Shown here piece by piece: positions 1-11,721 of a stretch of DNA of 27,214 nucleotides (positions are counted from its first letter, which is position 1; the number at the start of each line of letters is the position of its first letter). The notes below the pieces were generated by a model, which saw only the letters and a program-made list of their open reading frames with translations, was not told the origin of the DNA and ran no database searches. Source of the stretch: Fimbriimonadales bacterium (lineage in GTDB: Bacteria; Armatimonadota; Fimbriimonadia; Fimbriimonadales; ATM1); NCBI GenBank assembly GCA_051003155.1, contig JBPCLO010000022.1:1-27214 (forward strand), given 5' to 3'. Made by a program: the position numbers and the translations under genes.

Positions 1-2
1 AA

Positions 3-149
3 ACCAACAACACCGGTCAGGCAGCATATGTTTACGTCACCGGATATTCTGAGGCTCCTCCGGGTCCGGGCTCGACGAGCACCGACTACACCACGCTGCG
101 CTACAACGGTGTCAATGCGCTCACCCAGACCGTTCCACTCTGTCAGTGA
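3..149 (+). CDS. 3' end of a gene entering from the left; SBBP-like beta-propeller repeat protein (partial)
   Basis: Frame 3 reads TNNTGQAAYVYVTGYSEAPPGPGSTSTDYTTLRYNGVNALTQTVPLCQ* with TGA at 147-149. VYVTGYS...DYTTLRY resembles SBBP-type propeller repeats. Not in the ORF track because the start lies outside the window. Confidence 0.6.
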   Translation, partial: TNNTGQAAYVYVTGYSEAPPGPGSTSTDYTTLRYNGVNALTQTVPLCQ

Positions 150-224
150 CCTCTGCCTCTAAAGAGACTGGCGGAATTGATTTCCCTGTGCGATTTGCGG
201 GACCGGTCAGTGGTATGGTGAGGT

Positions 225-971
225 GTGAGACAGTCGGTTTGGTCCCACGGCGTTCGATCTCTTCTGGTCGCGCTTGGTTTGCTCCTCGGCGTTTCAGGAC
301 TCTGCCAGGGTTTCAATATCGACCTGGATATATTCACCGGGCCGCCGAATACGGGCAACGGGGCGCCGAGTTCTGCATTCGGAGCTGCTGCCGGTCAACC
401 GGGCTTTTGGAATCGATTGAGTTTGTCGGGTGGGTCTCATAAGCTCAGAGATTTGGCGGACAAGCCATCCGGCGCAACGATGACGATAACAACCACGGGC
501 AAGGGCTTCGGCGGCATTGGGTTTTTGTTCGAAGGCAATTCGGGTGATCACGCGCTTCTGCTCAATGATGCCGCGCAAGTGGGAACGCTTATCCAAGGAG
601 GCGACCTAACTTATTCCTTTCGAGGGCTCACAGAGGGTTTGTACGAAGTTTACACTTATGCGGTCAACGTGGCGGGTTTCGTTATTGACACACCGGTTCT
701 CATTCCCCAAGGTGACGAACCGCGCGTGCAGGTCGTGACAGGACCTATGCCAGGAAATTCCTTCGAATACTTGATCACGCATAGCAAACACAGGGTTACG
801 ATTAGCACAAGCGGCTACTTTCAAGTCATCTTCGAACAACCGCCCGCCGAGAAAACCAATCAATGCGTTAACGGCTTTCAAATTGCCTCGGTCCCTGAAG
901 CGGGAACCGGCGCCGCCCTTTCTGCCTTTCTCGCATTTATGTTCGTGAAGCGGTTGGGCATCGGCAAGTGA
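225..971 (+). CDS. Secreted protein with PEP-CTERM-like sorting signal
   Basis: N-terminal signal peptide (LLVALGLLLGVSGLCQG). C-terminal VPEAGTGAALSAFLAFMFVKRLGIGK is a PEP-like motif, a TM helix and a basic tail. Confidence 0.75.
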   Translation: MRQSVWSHGVRSLLVALGLLLGVSGLCQGFNIDLDIFTGPPNTGNGAPSSAFGAAAGQPGFWNRLSLSGGSHKLRDLADKPSGATMTITTTGKGFGGIGFLFEGNSGDHALLLNDAAQVGTLIQGGDLTYSFRGLTEGLYEVYTYAVNVAGFVIDTPVLIPQGDEPRVQVVTGPMPGNSFEYLITHSKHRVTISTSGYFQVIFEQPPAEKTNQCVNGFQIASVPEAGTGAALSAFLAFMFVKRLGIGK

Positions 972-1019
972 ACTTCGACTTCGCTGGCTGGCACGTTTTG
1001 CAGTAGAGCCCGGCGGGAC

Positions 1020-1060
1020 AAAAAAGAAGGGCGGTTCCCTGTTCGCGGAAGTGCCCTTCT
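1020..1060 (-). terminator. Rho-independent terminator of the S41 peptidase gene
   Basis: On the minus strand an AGAAGGGC...GCCCTTCT stem (1025-1060) is followed by a T-tract, 10 nt after the stop codon. Confidence 0.7.
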
Positions 1061-1070
1061 AGAATCCGGC

Positions 1071-2318
1071 TTACCGGTTCAGTCCGATCGGGGCGCCGCC
1101 TTTCTGAAGCGACTGGAACGCCAGCTTCGCGGCTTCGAGCCATGCCTTGTCGTCGCTGAGCTTGGCGGGGTCGAGTGTGATGTCCGGTGCGACGCCCGAT
1201 CCTTCGAGCCGCCTGCCTGCCGGAGTGACGTATTCCATCAACGGTAGCTGCAGCGAGAATCCTTCGGGGAGCCTCATGAACGACGACGCTAGGACCGCGC
1301 CGGCGGATTTCGTGCCGACGACCTTGCCACGGTGATTGTCGGCGATGCCGGCGGCGAAGATTTCGCTCGCGCTGGCAGATGCGGGGCTAATCAGGACCAC
1401 GAGCTCGCCGTCGAAGGTCTTGCTGTTCTGTCGAGCGAACGACTGCACGGGCCAACCGAAGTCCTTGGAGACCGCGATCGGATCGGCGACCTTGTCGGGG
1501 AACTTCTTCTTGAACTCGTCGGCGTGGCTGCGGGTGATGAACTTGCCAAGCGTGACCTCCCTTTTGAAGACCTTGCCGGCGAGATGGCCGAGGCTCATCA
1601 CCGAACCGCCGCCGTTCGACCGCAAGTCGATAATCATGCGCTGGGCTTTCGATGCCTGGTCGAACAACCCGTCGATCGCGCTTTGGCTGTAGCCGGTGGC
1701 GAACGAGTTGATGGTGAGCATGACGGTCTTGTCGTCGATCCACTTCAGCTCGTCTTTTACCAGCAGGCTAAAAACGCCGCGGGTAATGGTGTAGTTCGTT
1801 TCCTTGCCGTCGCGCAGTATGGTAACCACGACCTTGGTGTCTTTAGGCCCGCGAACTTCCTCGGGGGAGGTCACGGGCTTACCGTCCGCCTTCACGATTA
1901 CGTCGTCGATCTTGAGGCCCGCCTTTTGCGCGGGTCCGCCGGGCAGAACCTTCACGATCCTAATGCCGTTCGTAACCGGCTGGATTAGGACGCCGATTCC
2001 CACGCTCTTGCCGGTTGTCCGCGTCTGCGCGGCGCGCGGAGTGAGCATCTGGATGTGGGAGAAACCGAACTCGTCGAGGGCTTTATTGACTGCCTGCGCA
2101 AACCCTTCGTGGGTGGTTGCCTTGTGAAAGTCTTGGTCGTACTTAAAGGCGAACGAGTCCCACTTCGTAAAGTCGACTCCGCTGACGTACGCGCTTTCCT
2201 TGACGTGCTTGCCGACGGCGGCTAAAACGTTGGCCTTCGCATCCTCGCTAATGGTTTGCGTGGAGGCAAGGGACGCTGCCGCGACAAGCACAGGAATGAT
2301 AATATTTCTAAGCTTCAT
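1071..2318 (-). CDS. S41 family peptidase with PDZ domain (secreted)
   Basis: Signal peptide; PDZ (GIGVLI...GGPAQKAGLKIDDVIVKADG); IIDLRSNGGG; SASASEIFA catalytic Ser motif; LEGSGVAPDI. Confidence 0.92.
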   Translation of the reverse strand: MKLRNIIIPVLVAAASLASTQTISEDAKANVLAAVGKHVKESAYVSGVDFTKWDSFAFKYDQDFHKATTHEGFAQAVNKALDEFGFSHIQMLTPRAAQTRTTGKSVGIGVLIQPVTNGIRIVKVLPGGPAQKAGLKIDDVIVKADGKPVTSPEEVRGPKDTKVVVTILRDGKETNYTITRGVFSLLVKDELKWIDDKTVMLTINSFATGYSQSAIDGLFDQASKAQRMIIDLRSNGGGSVMSLGHLAGKVFKREVTLGKFITRSHADEFKKKFPDKVADPIAVSKDFGWPVQSFARQNSKTFDGELVVLISPASASASEIFAAGIADNHRGKVVGTKSAGAVLASSFMRLPEGFSLQLPLMEYVTPAGRRLEGSGVAPDITLDPAKLSDDKAWLEAAKLAFQSLQKGGAPIGLNR

Positions 2319-2527
2319 ATCTTTCTCGTGAGGTTAATAACGAGACCCTACAAGGAAAAGTGCCCGGCGACCGCGCTCATTTTAGAGCGGAATCGTCCGG
2401 AGTGCGGCGAACCGTAAGACTGCGCCGACGATTACGAACGCCACCGCGCGGCAGACCCTTCACGCGCCGGCCGTTTTGGCCCCCAAAAAATTGATTGTGC
2501 AGAGGACGCGTAGTCGCAGCGTCCGGA

Positions 2528-2570
2528 TGACGAGGCGCCGGGCCTATGCGGACCCAGCGCCTTCTCGTCA
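2528..2570 (-). other. GC-rich stem-loop downstream of the aquaporin gene
   Basis: Minus strand TGACGAG-AA-GGCGCTGGG-TCCGCATAGG-CCCGGCGCC-TCGTCA folds into a long imperfect hairpin. It has no U-tract, so a terminator role is uncertain. Confidence 0.45.
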
Positions 2571-2636
2571 ACCAGAGTGTTGCCGTCCAAAGTCGACTGG
2601 CGAGCAAGCTCGCGACGTCATGCACGCCATGAGCGT

Positions 2637-3392
2637 TTAGGCTGCCGTCTCGGCCACGACGTTCTCTTTCTCCTCCATGAACAGCTTGTAGAAGAACGAA
2701 GCGATGAGCGCTCCGACGATCGGGCCGACGAAGTACACCGCCAATTGGGAAAGCTGGCCGCTCACGACGGCCGTGCCGAAGTAGCGGGCGGGATTCATGG
2801 CCGCCCCCGTGTACGGCCCACCGATCAGGATGCAGAAAGTGACGGTGAGGCCGATAGAGATTCCGAACATTTGCCTTGCAGTTCGGCCAGCATCGACCGC
2901 CGTGTTGAGAACGACTGTCATTAACAGGAACGTTAGGAGCGCCTCGATGCCTATCGCCTTGACCATGCTGAGCGCATAGTCCGAGGTGCTGTCGTCATTG
3001 TAAAAGAGGTGCCCCAAGAAAGGCGCGTTGCTTTTGAACATTGAGAACATCGCCCATACAGCGAATCCGGCGACAACCGCTCCCACAAGTTGCATCACCA
3101 CATAGACCAGCATCCTATTCGCGCCGATTTTGCCTATCGCCCACAGCCCGATCGAGACCGCCGGGTTGATATGCGCTCCCGACTTGCCCGCCGTCATGTA
3201 GATCGCGGCCATCAAGGCGAGGCCGTGCGCCAAGGCAATCCCGACGAGGCCTATACCGACGATTCCCGTCGCCGGGGCGACGCCTGGGAGCTTCATGAAG
3301 GCATCCATGCAGATGGCAGAACCACCGACGAAAACCAAAAAGAAGACGCCGAGAGCCTCCGCCATGCCGGCTCTGAACAAGTTGTTTCCCAT
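2637..3392 (-). CDS. MIP family channel (aquaporin-like)
   Basis: Two NPA boxes (SGAHINPAVS, GAAMNPARYFG), six hydrophobic helices, AEALG motif; SD GGAGG upstream. Confidence 0.95.
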   Translation of the reverse strand: MGNNLFRAGMAEALGVFFLVFVGGSAICMDAFMKLPGVAPATGIVGIGLVGIALAHGLALMAAIYMTAGKSGAHINPAVSIGLWAIGKIGANRMLVYVVMQLVGAVVAGFAVWAMFSMFKSNAPFLGHLFYNDDSTSDYALSMVKAIGIEALLTFLLMTVVLNTAVDAGRTARQMFGISIGLTVTFCILIGGPYTGAAMNPARYFGTAVVSGQLSQLAVYFVGPIVGALIASFFYKLFMEEKENVVAETAA

Positions 3393-3511
3393 GCTTTCCT
3401 CCGAAACCGCGAAATGGTACTTGCTAAAGGACGCAGAAGGAAGTTAGAATGGAGTGCAGAATCCATTTAATCACACTGCGTTAATCCCGACGTTGCGCAA
3501 CTTGTTAGTCC

Positions 3512-4444
3512 GTGGAGGGAACATTGACTTATCAGCCGAACCGGCTTATCCTGGAGTCGGGCCATCGCCTCGTGGTGGAGCATTTTGCCAGGACATCGGA
3601 CATGCGCTTGACGCTTCGACCCGCGAGGAAGAGGCTCTTTTCACAAGAGCCGAACTTGCCGTCTTTACAGGTGGAGCTGAATAAGCCTGCTTTTGCCGCC
3701 ATGCTCCCCGAGGGAGATCCCGACGGTAAGCCTTACCTGGTGTTCGAAACCGATCCCGTGAGCGCAGGCATTAGGGACCTCTATCGAAACGCCGACATCC
3801 CCTTTATCGAAGCGGATCAGGCGGGTGGCCGAGGGATGCTCCGGTTCGAGAGGCCGGGCTTTAGCGCGAAATTGCAGTTCGACGACCGAGGCGATGCAGC
3901 TGCAGTCGAATCGATTCTTCGCTGGGCCGAGACGTCGTCCGCCCAAAACAAAGGGAAGCTCATACGAAACGACGTCGAGCGAACCATTGCGGCGGCGATA
4001 AAATCGTTTGCCGAAGAACTGGGTCTCGCGACTCATCACCACATTCCGTTCGGATACGCGGCCGGTTATCGCCCCGACCTTCCACGGACGATCGCTCGCC
4101 ATACTATCGAAATGGCGGTCTCAATCCGCCCCGACGTTAATGTCGGCGCCCCGGTGGTCATGCCGATTCGCGTGGAAGTAGATTTCGACAGCGTCGGTGA
4201 CCCGGAGAATGTGGAACGCGACGAATGCGTAGCGGACTTCGTTTGCTCGGTCGGTATGCCGATGGCGGCGATTCAACCCGGGGACGACGGCAAGTTTCGC
4301 CTGACCTATAGCCTCGCGGATTCGGAAGACATACAGCTCAAATCCGACGACTTAAAGGGCTGGAAGGGCGTGATGAAAGACATCTGTTCGCACGCGCTCG
4401 AGGTCACCAATGCTGGGCTGCCGCCTTCGCCGGAGCCGACGTAA
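3512..4444 (+). CDS. Hypothetical protein, C-terminal half resembling a divergent DUF2726 (restriction-endonuclease-like) domain
   Basis: 310-aa ORF filling the space between aquaporin and amidase. Pattern ERxxxxxI...RHTIEMAV...PIRVEVDFDS...ERDECVADFVCSVGMPMAAI is DUF2726-like. Confidence 0.6.
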   Translation: MEGTLTYQPNRLILESGHRLVVEHFARTSDMRLTLRPARKRLFSQEPNLPSLQVELNKPAFAAMLPEGDPDGKPYLVFETDPVSAGIRDLYRNADIPFIEADQAGGRGMLRFERPGFSAKLQFDDRGDAAAVESILRWAETSSAQNKGKLIRNDVERTIAAAIKSFAEELGLATHHHIPFGYAAGYRPDLPRTIARHTIEMAVSIRPDVNVGAPVVMPIRVEVDFDSVGDPENVERDECVADFVCSVGMPMAAIQPGDDGKFRLTYSLADSEDIQLKSDDLKGWKGVMKDICSHALEVTNAGLPPSPEPT

Positions 4445-4504
4445 TTGCTTTTGTCACTAAATGCTGATACAATCGTCTAAGTCCCTCATGGAGGAGGACA
4501 GACA

Positions 4505-6145
4505 ATGCTAACTTTGCTCGCTTCGGCGCCATGGATGGTTATGAGCATGACAGCGGCGATGGACAACCCCGTGGCCGCGAGCGTCACTTATTGCCACTTC
4601 ACACCCGCCTTTACGCCCGATGCACTTCGCATGGGCGACGAATGCTTCATTCCGGCTAAGCTGGCCGGCAGGATCGGATGGGCCTGCACCGTCAAGGGGG
4701 ACAGTGCATCCGTCATTGTCGACGGACGCAGGGTCGATACATTCGTACGGCGAATCGGGACCGAGCCATTTATCCCTCTGCGAACCGTTGCCGCATCGAT
4801 CGGAGCGGTGACCGAATGGGGCTCGGACACCAACCTTCGCGTTTTTTCCAAGCTGTACAAGATTTCTGCGACAAGCCGAGGCCTCGAAATCCGCGGGACA
4901 CTTCCGGTGAAGAGCAACATATTTATCGTCAAGAGTCCTTATCGTGTCGTTGTCGATGTGGTAGGCGCACGGATCGACAGAGCGTCGGTGCCGACGACCG
5001 AGGGCAATGTGCGCTACTCGCAATTCAACGACAACACTGTGCGCGTTGTCGTGCAGGTGGATGCGCCCCCTATACTAACCGCAGGCGTCATGCCTGCGAA
5101 GCTGCTAACTTCGGTCGTATGGAAGGGAGGTTCGTCCGTATCGCTAGACGCGCTGCCGGCCGGACAGGCGGTTAAGCTCGTTGTGAGCTCAATCCCGAAA
5201 CCAGGGGCCCCGAAACCAGGGGCGGGATCGCCGGCGCCGACTCTATCCGTCGGCGTACCGATCCTTGCTAAGGACACCGTCAAGGAGTCGCTGATCAGAA
5301 TCCCGGTCTTCGGCGTCGCGCCCCAGCAGCTATCGGCCAAGCGTGATGACGCAGGCGTCTACTGGGTGGGAATGCCGAATGCCCGCGTTGCGAGCGCAGC
5401 GATGGGAGACATTTCAGGGGTTTCGATCCGGTCTGCGTCCTTCGTGGAGCGTCCCGGGGGCGGCGTAAATTTGCGGATGGAACTCAAACGCCCGATGGGT
5501 GTCAAAGTCTCCTCAACTACCGACAATATCTCGATACGGATTGTCGAGCCCAAGAACGCCGGCGGCACGCTCGCGAGCAAGACGATCGTGGTCGATCCGG
5601 GACATGGGGGTAGCGACGGCGGCGCCAAGTTCGACGGGCTCCGAGAAAAGGACTTCACGCTGGCCATCGCAAAAATGGTGGCCGAGGAGCTGACGGAGAA
5701 TGGCACGACTGTGGTTGTTACCCGCGACGACGACCGTTTTATCGGCTTGAACGAGCGGCCCACGGTTGCCAACCGCAGCGACGCCGACTTCTTTATCAGC
5801 ATCCACATCAACTCCAATTCGCGAAGCAATTCTCAGTCGGGCACCTTCACCTATTATCATCGAGATAACGGCGATTGCAAGCTCCTCGCGGAATGCATTC
5901 AGGCCGAGATAGCCAAGGTAAGCGGACTCCCGAACCGAGGCATCCGAAGCGACCGGAGAGAAGCTCCGGCCAAGGGCTTCGCGGTGCTCAGGGGTAGCCA
6001 AATGCCTGCGGTGCTCGTAGAGGTTGCATACATCAACAACGCGACGGATCGCGGGTTGCTCCAAACGTGGGAGTTCAAGAAAAGGGTCGCAGACGCGATC
6101 GTGAGAGGTATAAGGACATACATCGGTGAGCAGCAGGAAGACTAA
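4505..6145 (+). CDS. N-acetylmuramoyl-L-alanine amidase (Amidase_3) with N-terminal stalk/AMIN-like domains
   Basis: IVVDPGHGGSDGGA, EKDFTL, FISIHINS, MPAVLVEVAYINN zinc-amidase motifs; AMIN-like PYRVVVDV..VRYSQFNDNTVRVVV; strong SD GGAGGAGG. Confidence 0.93.
   Translation: MLTLLASAPWMVMSMTAAMDNPVAASVTYCHFTPAFTPDALRMGDECFIPAKLAGRIGWACTVKGDSASVIVDGRRVDTFVRRIGTEPFIPLRTVAASIGAVTEWGSDTNLRVFSKLYKISATSRGLEIRGTLPVKSNIFIVKSPYRVVVDVVGARIDRASVPTTEGNVRYSQFNDNTVRVVVQVDAPPILTAGVMPAKLLTSVVWKGGSSVSLDALPAGQAVKLVVSSIPKPGAPKPGAGSPAPTLSVGVPILAKDTVKESLIRIPVFGVAPQQLSAKRDDAGVYWVGMPNARVASAAMGDISGVSIRSASFVERPGGGVNLRMELKRPMGVKVSSTTDNISIRIVEPKNAGGTLASKTIVVDPGHGGSDGGAKFDGLREKDFTLAIAKMVAEELTENGTTVVVTRDDDRFIGLNERPTVANRSDADFFISIHINSNSRSNSQSGTFTYYHRDNGDCKLLAECIQAEIAKVSGLPNRGIRSDRREAPAKGFAVLRGSQMPAVLVEVAYINNATDRGLLQTWEFKKRVADAIVRGIRTYIGEQQED
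5194..5223 (+). repeat. Perfect 15-bp tandem duplication in the amidase linker (PKPGA x2)
   Basis: CCCGAAACCAGGGGC occurs twice in tandem (5194-5208, 5209-5223), in frame. Confidence 0.9.
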
Positions 6146-6671
6146 GAAAGACACTCCCGGCGCAGGGCCACTCGTCGTCATGGGCGTTCTCGCCGCCGTC
6201 GTGCTCGGCGGCTTGATTTATTACGTCAAGTTCGGCCCACCCGCCGACCTGGCGCCTCCGGTAGACGGCGCAAAAGCGGGCAAGAACGTAAGGGTCAACG
6301 TCCCGGTGGCGAGGGTGGACGGAGCCGACACAACTTTCAATACAGAATCCCAGGAACTGCCGCCGGGCACCGACGTCATCGAAGCTTCGGTCAACGGCTT
6401 TTTGGAGACGATCCCGGCTGTCCAGCCCGAGGCGCGCCTTATCACAGTGAAGTACGAGGGCGAGAACGCCGAACTTCAGTTCTCGTCGAATTTCCGCCAA
6501 ACCTATGGTACCGACGACGAATCGATGATCGTGCAGGGGATCATGAAGGCTGTCGCCTCGAACAGCAAGGTCAAGACCGTGACGTTCACCGAAGGCGGCA
6601 AGCCGATCGAGAGTCTCGGTTCTATCGATCTGACGGGTCCACAATCGGTTCAGGACTGGATGGGCGGTTAG
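6126..6671 (+). CDS. GerMN domain membrane-anchored protein
   Basis: N-terminal TM helix, then a GerMN-like pattern (ARLITVKYEGENAELQFSSNF...GTDDESMIVQGI...VKTVTFTEGGKPIESLGSIDLTGP). Overlaps the amidase 3' end. Confidence 0.8.
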   Translation: MSSRKTKKDTPGAGPLVVMGVLAAVVLGGLIYYVKFGPPADLAPPVDGAKAGKNVRVNVPVARVDGADTTFNTESQELPPGTDVIEASVNGFLETIPAVQPEARLITVKYEGENAELQFSSNFRQTYGTDDESMIVQGIMKAVASNSKVKTVTFTEGGKPIESLGSIDLTGPQSVQDWMGG

Positions 6672-7224
6672 CGCGCAAGGCGACGAACGCATCCCAAGTC
6701 TTCACGACGATCCATCCGACCACGACTCCGCCGACCCACCCAAGCATAACTTGCGACGGGAAATGCACTCCGGTATAGATTCTCGAGAGCCCGGTCAATA
6801 GCGCTACCGCAATCCACGGAACTCCCCATTTCCCTAGGCGGAGGGTTAGGACCATGGCAATTGCCGCCATGGTCGCAGAGTGGGCCGACATCGTCCCCGA
6901 ACTGTCGAGGAACATGACTTTGCCCGAATAGTCGGTGATCAGCCGAACGCCTTCCAGGATGTTGCACGGCCTTTCCGTGGGCAGGACGTGCTTGAATACG
7001 TCTGCAAGTTCGTTTGCGACCGGCCAGGCGGCCATCGCTTGCAGCGCAGCGCCGCTTGTCTTGCGCCCTGCGGCTAGGAACGCAGCGAACACTCCAAGCA
7101 GGATGATCTTGAGGGCGAGGACCTTGATGCCCAGGCTGAAAAACCGAAAGACCGCGTCCAGGATCGGTGATGCCCAGGCGTCGTTGATCCAGCGGAAAAG
7201 GGCGACGTCCCACGAACCCAGCAC
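6622..7224 (-). CDS. PAP2 family phosphatase (undecaprenyl-pyrophosphate phosphatase-like)
   Basis: KHVLPTERP, MSAHSAT and SRIYTGVHFPSQV correspond to the PAP2 C1-C3 motifs. Start placed at GTG 7224, 6 nt after TATAAT. Confidence 0.88.
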   Translation of the reverse strand: MLGSWDVALFRWINDAWASPILDAVFRFFSLGIKVLALKIILLGVFAAFLAAGRKTSGAALQAMAAWPVANELADVFKHVLPTERPCNILEGVRLITDYSGKVMFLDSSGTMSAHSATMAAIAMVLTLRLGKWGVPWIAVALLTGLSRIYTGVHFPSQVMLGWVGGVVVGWIVVKTWDAFVALRANRPSSPEPIVDPSDR

Positions 7225-7263
7225 GCCCGGATTATACGGGAGCGGGTACAACATTGGCTCGTC

Positions 7264-7339
7264 GGGCGAATAGCTCAGTTGGCAGAGCGCCTCCCTTACA
7301 AGGAGGATGTCGGGGGTTCAAGTCCCTCTTCGCCCACCA
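7264..7339 (+). tRNA. tRNA-Val (anticodon TAC)
   Basis: 76 nt GGGCGAA...TTCGCCC-ACCA acceptor stem, D-arm TAGCTCAGTTGGCAGAGC, anticodon arm CCTCC-CTTACAA-GGAGG, T-loop GTTCAAGTC, encoded CCA. Confidence 0.97.
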
Positions 7340-7424
7340 TGCCACCTCAGCCGCTTTCTAAACTTTTGACCGCCTCCTCTCCTACATCGAAAGGGTTGTA
7401 CCGAGGGGTACATAATATGCGTCC

Positions 7425-8285
7425 ATGAAGCAAATCCTCAGCGTCCATCGCGCGCCGGAAAAGCATTGGGTCGGCGACGGCTTCCCCGTTCGCACGGTGC
7501 TGCACCCCAAAATGGAGGGAACAAGCCCGTTTCTGCTTCTCGACTAGGCGGAGCCGATTAGATTCGAGCCGAGCGATGAACCTCGCGGAGTGGAGGAGCA
7601 CCCGCACCGCGGATTCGAAACCGTAACGATCGTGTTCCAGGGCGAACTCGAGCATCGGGACTCGGCTGGCAATCAGGGCAAGATCGGCCCCGGAGACGTC
7701 CAGTGGATGACGGCCGCGTCTGGCGTGGTTCACGAGGAGAAGCACGGCACGGAATTCACTCGGATCGGCGGCACGTTCGAGGTTGCCCAGCTATGGGTCA
7801 ATCTGCCAGCCGCCCACAAGATGACCCCGCCCGCCTACCAGGAGCTCAAGAACGAGAATATCCCGGTGGTTGAGATGCCGGGTGGCAGCTCCGCGAGGGT
7901 GATCGCTGGAGATTTCAATGGAGCGAATGGCCCGGCAAGAACCGTGACTCCGCTCTTCCTTTGGGATATCTCGCTGCCCGCGGGCAGCCGCATTGACCTC
8001 CCGGCCCCGTCCGGCGCGTCGGCAATCGCGTTCATTCGCAGTGGCTCGGTTCGGCTAAACGACACCGAGGAGGCGGGCGCCCTCGAACTGGCCGTGTTCG
8101 CCGTGGATGGCGAGGGTGTTACGGTCGAAGCCCGGGAGGACTCGAAACTGATCGTCCTCGGAGGCGAGCCGATCGACGAGCCCGTCGCCGCGCACGGCCC
8201 GTTTGTCATGAACACATCCGACGAGATTCGCCAGGCGGTTGCGGATTACCAGAACGGGGTCATGGGCACCCTCGCGGCTCGCTAA
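7425..8285 (+). pseudogene. Pirin family protein (YhhW-like) interrupted by an in-frame TAG at codon 41
   Basis: ATG 7425 gives MKQILSVHRAPEKHWVGDGFPVRTV...SPFLLLD*AEP..., with TAG at 7545-7547. The same frame continues into HPHRGFETVT, QWMTAASGVVHEE, QLWVNLP and GPFVMN pirin motifs. Confidence 0.85.
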
Positions 8286-8633
8286 GTGGAGATCGTCGTA
8301 AAACGCGCCTACGAAACGCCGTCCAAGGCGGATGGCTACCGGGCGCTTGTCGAGCGGATGTGGCCTCGCGCCGTGACCAAGGAAGACCTGCGGATCCACG
8401 AGTGGTGCAAGACCGTCGCACCGAGCACCGCCCTGTGCAGGTGGTTCGGCCACGACCCCGCGCGCTTCGACGAGTTTGCCAGCCGGTACAAGGCGGAACT
8501 CGGCGCCTCGGACGCCCTGAAGCAATTACTCGAACGCGCAAAGGATCACCCCCGGCTAACGCTCGTCTACGGCGCCAAGGACACCCGGTTCAATCAAGCC
8601 GTGGTGCTGGCCGATTTCCTCGGCGCTCTCTGA
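8286..8633 (+). CDS. DUF488 / YeaO-like protein
   Basis: VKRAYE...DGYRALVERMWPR...VAPSTALCRWFGHDP..F..RYKAEL...LTLVYGAKD...NQAVVL; starts immediately after the pirin stop. Confidence 0.88.
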   Translation: MEIVVKRAYETPSKADGYRALVERMWPRAVTKEDLRIHEWCKTVAPSTALCRWFGHDPARFDEFASRYKAELGASDALKQLLERAKDHPRLTLVYGAKDTRFNQAVVLADFLGAL

Positions 8634-8968
8634 GAACGATGTGGGACCCACCGCCAAGTGGGTCGACTCCCGAGCCCTTCCGGAGAAGGCACTACCAAGC
8701 CGAACTGCCCTCCGCGCCAGTGCGATGTCTCTCTTACGATCTTTGTCAGAAGTGGAGCAATTCTTGGCCGTCGGCCGCAGACCTCAAGCAATCAACACGT
8801 GGGCAAATTTGCTTTCGCCAGATGATGCTTTCCCTCATTAGAGTGTAGAGGTAGTGTCGTCATAACGTAACAATCGCTAAGCCATATCGAACGGTTGGCC
8901 GGATTGAGAATCTTTCTATTCCTCCACTGCTTGTGTTCGCCGCGTGGCCCGCCCTCCATAATAGGAGC

Positions 8969-11626
<2,658 letters not shown>

Positions 11627-11721
11627 GTCGCGGGTGATGGGATTTATTGGACCCATATGAAATATTGGCCTGAGTCGCAAGGGAAGGACTCGCGCGCTCG
11701 ATAGCGTAAACTAAAGCAGTT

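Noticed and set aside
7545..7547. Pyrrolysine or genome-wide TAG reassignment
   Set aside because: Several well-defined genes here end at TAG at the expected length, no pyl genes are visible, and the site is one substitution from a conserved Tyr codon.
7264..8930. Genomic island integrated at tRNA-Val
   Set aside because: There is no integrase, and I found no duplicated tRNA 3' end (TTCGCCCACCA) downstream.
11640..11670. Operator for a sulfide-responsive repressor upstream of the SQR-like gene (CCATATGAAATATTGG)
   Set aside because: The palindrome is imperfect and short, and no cognate regulator is adjacent.
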